Origin: a candidate division WOR-3 bacterium
GTDB taxonomy: Bacteria; Hydrothermota; Tepidihabitantia; Tepidihabitantales; Tepidihabitantaceae
NCBI GenBank assembly: GCA_037441285.1
Contig: JBBISL010000021.1
Location: 20,876 to 32,153 of the forward strand
DNA length: 11,278 nucleotides
Reading direction: 5' to 3'
Shown here: in pieces, positions 6,621-11,278 of the stretch
Numbering within the stretch: the first letter of the stretch is position 1
Layout of the letters: the number at the start of each line of letters is the position of its first letter
Position numbers and translations under genes: made by a program
The notes under the pieces: model-generated
What the model saw: the letters and a program-made list of their open reading frames with translations, nothing else
The model's database searches: none
Told to the model about the DNA's origin: nothing

Positions 6621-9600
6621 TCAATTGGCATACAATAGCTCGGCGTGCTTGAGTATCTCAGTGGCGATTTTATCTATTTGAGTGTATGGCAGCTTCTCAT
6701 TCACCGTTTTAATCAGCATATCCTTTACCTTGCTTTTAATCCGTGCCCTTAATTGTTCTTTTTTATTCCAATCAGCAACCTTAATATAATCGCCCAGTTC
6801 TTTTACGACCTCTTTGGCAATCTTCTTTATATCCTCATAGTTCTCAAAAATTCCTTTCTCGGTTGCCAGCATATCATAGAACGCCAGTTCTTCCTCAGTT
6901 AAATCCAGTTTTTTGCCCTCCTGCTGTTTTTCCCGTATCCCTTTAGCGATTGCTATCATTTCATCAATGACCTCAGCCGTCGTTATCAGCCGCACATTGT
7001 ATTTATCTATTAACTTTTTTAGCATTTCAGAAAGGGGCCGATACCGAAAGGGATTTTGCTTTATCCGGGTTCTGATTTCGTCATTCAATATTTTAGCCAG
7101 GAGGTCGGCAGCGTAATTGTTATACTCCATATTTTTAAACTGAAAAAGGAATTTTTCGTCCAGCATTGAGATTTCTGGTTTCCCTTTTTCCAGCATTGAG
7201 AAAACATCAATCGGTTCTTCGGCTGAAATACTCTTTGAGATAAGCTGGTTGATTTCATATTCCATATTCCGCGAGATATCCCTAATTCTAAAGGTGGAAT
7301 ATTTGACAACCATCTTCTTTATCATCTCCCAGAACCTTATCTCGTTCTTTATCCTGATGGTTTCGGGGTGCGGGCTTGCCAATGCGTACAGTTTCTTTAA
7401 GGCGACAAAATGCTTTATAAAGTTCTTTTTACTTTCTCCATCACTTAATCGGTTGTATGCCTGGGTTGTTAGTTGTGCAATTTCTTCGGGCGAAAGGTTT
7501 TGCCAGTTCTGAAAGGCGATGCCGGCAAACATCGACGCAACAATGTCGTATCTTTCTTTGAGCAAATTGATAATCTTACCGATATCGGAAAGTACCTGTT
7601 CAATGGCTTCAACCGTATATCTCCGCAACGATTTTCTTAAATTGTCTGCGATACCGATATAATCAACAATCAACCCACCTGGTTTATCCTTAAATACCCG
7701 ATTTACCCGGGCAATTGCTTGAATCAGAGAATGGTCCTTCATCGGTTTGTCAAAATACATTGTGTGGAGGCAGGGGACATCAAATCCGGTAAGGAGCATA
7801 TCAACGACAATTACCAGTTTGGGGTCTCTTTCTGGATTTTTGAAATTATTCAACAGCTCTTCCAGTTCATCTCTATTTCTCAAATGTTGCCAGAAATCGG
7901 GTGGGTCTTTGTGCCGGCTGCCGGAAATCACCACGGCAACAGACGGCGCATTGGGGTGCTTTTTGATTTCTTCGAATAACTGAACCGCAACCTTCCGGGA
8001 AATCGTTACGACCATTCCCTTGCCTTCAATATCCTGTCTTCTCCTGTTGAAATGGTCAACGATATCCTGCGCCACCTTCTTTAACCGTTCTGGATTTAAG
8101 ATGAGCCCTTCAAGTCGGGCATATTTTTTCTTCAGCACCTCCTTAACATCTGGTTCCATAGACTCGGATATCTCCTCAAACTCCTCATCAATAAACTCGT
8201 TTGTCAGATGAAGTTCTGATAGCCGCGCCTCATAGTAGATGGGCACGACAACCTTATGTCGTCTTGCCTTATCCATTGAATAAAGGCTGATTGAATCGCC
8301 AAAGACCAGATAGGTGTCGCGGTCCTGCAGTTCAATCGGGGTGGCGGTAAACCCCATAAAAGAGGCGTTGGGGATTGCCCTTCTTAAATTCTGCGCCAGT
8401 TCCCGATACTGGCTGCGGTGTGCCTCATCGGCAATTACGATTATGTTCCTTCTATCGGTTAGAAATGGATACTCCTCTGCCTTCTTCTTCCCGAACTTCT
8501 GAATGGTGGCAAAGATTATTCCACCGGCAGCTTTCTTTACCGCCTCGCGTAAATTCCGAATTGTTTCAGCGTGTCGGACAACCGGCATCTGGGAAAACAG
8601 GCTATGAAGTTGCTCATCAAGATTCTTCCTATCGGTAATAAAAAGCAGGAGCGGATTCTCCAGTTCCTTCAGTTTCAAAGCTTTGCGGGCATAAAACAAC
8701 ATCGTCAACGACTTACCAGTTCCCTGAGTATGCCAGACAACGCCGATTCTTCTATCCTCCGGGGTTTCGCCTTTCAGGACACACTCTTTTGTTTTCTCAA
8801 TCGCCGCTTTGACCGAATAAAATTGATGGAAGATGGCGATTTTCTTATCGTAGGTCTCACCCAACTTATCGTAAAAAACAAAATCCTGCACAAACTCAAG
8901 AAGGTGCTCTTTTCTAAAAAGACCGGCAAGTAACACCTCAAGCGATGTCAATTCCTTTTCCTGATATAAATAGCGGTAATGTCCATCTTCAACCTCCTCC
9001 ACCTTTACATCGGCATCGCTCAGGATGCCTTCCCAGACAAAGAACCTTTCCCAATCGCTGGTTGGTGAACCATACTTAGTTTCAAGTCCATCGCTAACAA
9101 CAAGGACCTGTGCGTAGGCGTAAAGTTGGGGTATATCTTCTCTCTTAACTTTATGGTCAGCAAAGGCATCCCGGGCGGTTTCATACGCATTTAGCCCCTT
9201 AAATTCAAAGATGGCGAGCGGTAATCCGTTGATAAAAACCACAAGGTCAGGCCGGCGGAAAATCTCCTTTTCAAACTCATACTCAACGGTAAATTGATTT
9301 GATGCCAGAAACTCATTGTTTTCCGGGTTTTCAAAATCAACAATTTTAACAATCCTTGTTTTCTCCTCTTTCCCCCTTTTAAAGGTTAACTTAACACCAT
9401 TTATGAGCAGTTCATAAAATATCCTACCCTTTATTAAAAAATCGGGATGCTCAAATTCAATTACCCTTTTGTAAACCTCTTCGGCTAATTCATCTGTAAG
9501 CCAGGGGTTGATTCTTCTTACTGCCGCAAGAAACCGCCTTTTCAAAACAGTATGCCGGTAAGACTCCCTTTCCCCATTTTCCGGGCTTAACTCCGAACCG

Positions 9601-9683
9601 TGAATATAAGAGTAGCCTAAATTCTTAAGCCAGTTTATTGCCGCCTGCTCAACCAAGTAATCTTCGGTTAATAAATTTTTCAT
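6621..9683 (-). CDS. hsdR: Type I restriction enzyme, restriction/motor subunit R
   Basis: Nuclease motif RPDLVVFINGLPLAIFEFK (PD..ExK). SF2 motifs VWHTQGTGKS, IADEAHRSQ, FTATP, VDMLLTGFD and QAIARVNR. DUF3387-like C-terminus (LTEEELAFYD...DW). Confidence 0.97.
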   Translation of the reverse strand: MKNLLTEDYLVEQAAINWLKNLGYSYIHGSELSPENGERESYRHTVLKRRFLAAVRRINPWLTDELAEEVYKRVIEFEHPDFLIKGRIFYELLINGVKLTFKRGKEEKTRIVKIVDFENPENNEFLASNQFTVEYEFEKEIFRRPDLVVFINGLPLAIFEFKGLNAYETARDAFADHKVKREDIPQLYAYAQVLVVSDGLETKYGSPTSDWERFFVWEGILSDADVKVEEVEDGHYRYLYQEKELTSLEVLLAGLFRKEHLLEFVQDFVFYDKLGETYDKKIAIFHQFYSVKAAIEKTKECVLKGETPEDRRIGVVWHTQGTGKSLTMLFYARKALKLKELENPLLLFITDRKNLDEQLHSLFSQMPVVRHAETIRNLREAVKKAAGGIIFATIQKFGKKKAEEYPFLTDRRNIIVIADEAHRSQYRELAQNLRRAIPNASFMGFTATPIELQDRDTYLVFGDSISLYSMDKARRHKVVVPIYYEARLSELHLTNEFIDEEFEEISESMEPDVKEVLKKKYARLEGLILNPERLKKVAQDIVDHFNRRRQDIEGKGMVVTISRKVAVQLFEEIKKHPNAPSVAVVISGSRHKDPPDFWQHLRNRDELEELLNNFKNPERDPKLVIVVDMLLTGFDVPCLHTMYFDKPMKDHSLIQAIARVNRVFKDKPGGLIVDYIGIADNLRKSLRRYTVEAIEQVLSDIGKIINLLKERYDIVASMFAGIAFQNWQNLSPEEIAQLTTQAYNRLSDGESKKNFIKHFVALKKLYALASPHPETIRIKNEIRFWEMIKKMVVKYSTFRIRDISRNMEYEINQLISKSISAEEPIDVFSMLEKGKPEISMLDEKFLFQFKNMEYNNYAADLLAKILNDEIRTRIKQNPFRYRPLSEMLKKLIDKYNVRLITTAEVIDEMIAIAKGIREKQQEGKKLDLTEEELAFYDMLATEKGIFENYEDIKKIAKEVVKELGDYIKVADWNKKEQLRARIKSKVKDMLIKTVNEKLPYTQIDKIATEILKHAELLYAN

Positions 9684-9686
9684 ACC

Positions 9687-10706
9687 CTAAGGGGTTTCCC
9701 CATCTTCGGTTGGTTTTTGTTTAGCGCCCTCTTCGATGATCAATTTTCTTATTTGCCGCAGTTTATCCGGGTCAAGCGCATTTTCTTTTCCCCTAGTGAC
9801 TTTTTCAAAAAAAGATTTCACATCAGGGTCAGTTATAATCCACTTGACTTGGGTATTACTCAAATATGCCGTGAGTATCCTATCTGTCTGTTCGTGCGTG
9901 AAATCATCAAATCTATCCAGTTGACTTATTATATTGTGGGTGGTTCTAAACGAAGAACTGTTGAAAAGTTCATCTATAAGTCGGTTTTTCTCAGCTTCTT
10001 CTTCGTTTTTAAGAGAAATTTCTAAACGGCCCTTTAAAAACATGGTTAGATTTGTATAAAAATGAATTTTTGCTTCTTTCTTTTCACGCCACTCCTTTAC
10101 TAAGAATTCATTTAACATATCTTCTCCTTCTTTTCGTAATGGAGATAGATATCCAGAATCATTAGAAATAAAATGTAGATTGTCTCCTTTTGGGAAATAG
10201 TGAAGTAATGTTTCCCAAATAATTGCGTCACCCAAATTATTACTCGTTCCCGGCGGATTACCCAATAGCACTCTTCGTTGAGCATTTTCTAATATATCGC
10301 CCTCCATTTCTAATATTTTGCTATTATTGAATATTTCATCAATAACTTTGTCGGCTTTGAGTTGGCGGCTGGAAATATCGTTAGTTATTCTCTGTAATAA
10401 ATCTGAGTGTATTCTGTTGTATTCGTTTCTCGATTTGATAAGTTTATCGTATTCATCGTAGCCTTCACAGATTTTAGGGAATTTAACATCCAAGTTCTTT
10501 TTTTGTAAATCTTCCAAACTTTTTTTAATAACACCAGCACGCTGGCGGTTAAATTCATCTATAACCTGGCAAGGTAACCACAATTGCAACGTCCTTGTTT
10601 TTTGATATTGTACCAACTTTTCTAATTCTCGCAGGTCATCTTGAGTAAATTCATAGAAACTTAGAAAAATGTTAGTATCAATAAATATGTTAAATTGGTC
10701 CTTCAC
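9687..10706 (-). CDS. PIN-domain (DUF4935-like) putative ribonuclease with helical insert and extra C-terminal helical domain
   Basis: IFIDTNIFL (D10), VIDEF (E51), GNPPG...LGDAIIWETLL (D160/E165) and FISND (D183) give the PIN acidic tetrad. GTG start overlaps the hsdS TGA (GTGA). The TAG stop is 3 nt before the hsdR ATG. Confidence 0.85.
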   Translation of the reverse strand: MKDQFNIFIDTNIFLSFYEFTQDDLRELEKLVQYQKTRTLQLWLPCQVIDEFNRQRAGVIKKSLEDLQKKNLDVKFPKICEGYDEYDKLIKSRNEYNRIHSDLLQRITNDISSRQLKADKVIDEIFNNSKILEMEGDILENAQRRVLLGNPPGTSNNLGDAIIWETLLHYFPKGDNLHFISNDSGYLSPLRKEGEDMLNEFLVKEWREKKEAKIHFYTNLTMFLKGRLEISLKNEEEAEKNRLIDELFNSSSFRTTHNIISQLDRFDDFTHEQTDRILTAYLSNTQVKWIITDPDVKSFFEKVTRGKENALDPDKLRQIRKLIIEEGAKQKPTEDGETP

Positions 10707-11278
10707 ATCTCCACCACTCTTATTTTCCCAAAGACAAGTTTTGGAAGCAGTGCATCCCTGATTTTTCGTAAAACCATAATCTCTTTTTGGTTCAGGACGA
10801 TTTTTTGAAAGAGCGGCTCAACGAGCGTATGAAAGCGTTGAAGGATGGGAAGGGGAGGAAGTAGTAATGGAAATGATGCCAATTCTTCACGGGTTATTGC
10901 ATCATAAGTAGTTCCTCTTTCGTATGATTTTAATTGTTCTTTACGAGTTAAAAGATATAAATATACGAATACCCAATAGTAAGATCTTAAACTTGCTACA
11001 CCTCGCCCAACAACGTATTCGCTATCTGATAGGTTTAATTCGCCCACCGGTGCTCTTACAGTTACCAAAACATCATTCGGTTTGGCTATTTTAAGTACTT
11101 TTGAGCAATAAACATTTGTTTGCGGAGTAAATTTTCCGTATTGTCCTTTACCTTGAATAAAAGGCAATCCATTTCCTGTTTCATTATAATATTTAGATGG
11201 CGGAGATTGTCCCATGGTAATTTCAGCAAAATTTCCAATTTCCTTCACCCCCCACCCTTTCGGAATCTTTTTCTCCAG
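10703..11278 (-). CDS. hsdS: Type I restriction-modification specificity subunit S, C-terminal half (distal TRD plus conserved coil); runs off the right edge
   Basis: The frame is open to the window edge: LEKKIPKGWGVKEIGNFAEITMGQSPP...VTVRAPVG...GRGVA...GTTYDAITREEL...LPPL...LRKIRDALLPKLVFGKIRV. The ORF-track GTG at 11248 is internal. Confidence 0.93.
   Translation of the reverse strand: MEKKIPKGWGVKEIGNFAEITMGQSPPSKYYNETGNGLPFIQGKGQYGKFTPQTNVYCSKVLKIAKPNDVLVTVRAPVGELNLSDSEYVVGRGVASLRSYYWVFVYLYLLTRKEQLKSYERGTTYDAITREELASFPLLLPPLPILQRFHTLVEPLFQKIVLNQKEIMVLRKIRDALLPKLVFGKIRVVEM

Noticed and set aside
7159..7201. 13-bp direct repeat TCCAGCATTGAGA (7159-7171, 7189-7201)
   Set aside because: Only two in-frame copies, encoding SML-E/SML-D in HsdR; not a CRISPR or att site.
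9685..9701. Small palindromes CCC-TAA-GGG and GGGG-TTT-CCCC at the PIN/hsdR junction
   Set aside because: Stems of 3-4 bp are too weak to call a regulatory hairpin or an insertion scar.
6913..10025. Plus-strand and off-frame ORFs within hsdR and the PIN gene as possible antitoxins
   Set aside because: They lie wholly within long genes and show no antitoxin-like features or RBS.
209..10706. Functional link between the tRNA nucleotidyltransferase (tRNA repair) and the PIN RNase
   Set aside because: They are 8 kb apart, separated by unrelated independently promoted genes, and differ in GC; proximity is probably incidental.
11246..11248. 181-aa stand-alone half-HsdS starting at GTG 11248
   Set aside because: The frame continues open to the window edge (LEKKIPKGWG), so this is the truncated view of a longer hsdS.
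1..11278. CRISPR arrays, tRNA/rRNA genes, IS elements, integrases
   Set aside because: None seen; intergenic gaps are all about 110 nt or shorter and are explained by promoters and RBSs.

Overview
Bacterial chromosomal window, almost entirely coding on the minus strand. A gingipain-propeptide-like fragment and a beta-propeller protein with a T9SS-type C-terminal sorting domain suggest an FCB-group organism such as candidate phylum WOR-3 (inference). The left ~6.6 kb is higher in GC (roughly 50-55% by spot counts). It holds a partial C25-peptidase-like secreted protein, a class II tRNA nucleotidyltransferase/HD protein that looks CC-adding, a CxxC glutaredoxin-like protein, a DUF5362-like membrane protein, an unusually long tryptophanase-like lyase and a Cys-rich YncE/YVTN double beta-propeller. 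Each of these five complete genes has its own CTTGACYY-N16/17-TAnnnT promoter, and two of them look leaderless. The right ~4.7 kb is a lower-GC Type I restriction-modification locus (hsdS partial, then hsdR). An AT-rich PIN/DUF4935-like nuclease gene is translationally coupled between hsdS and hsdR, the position PrrC occupies in EcoprrI. This is the best candidate for an undescribed system: an RM-guarding or abortive-infection RNase.
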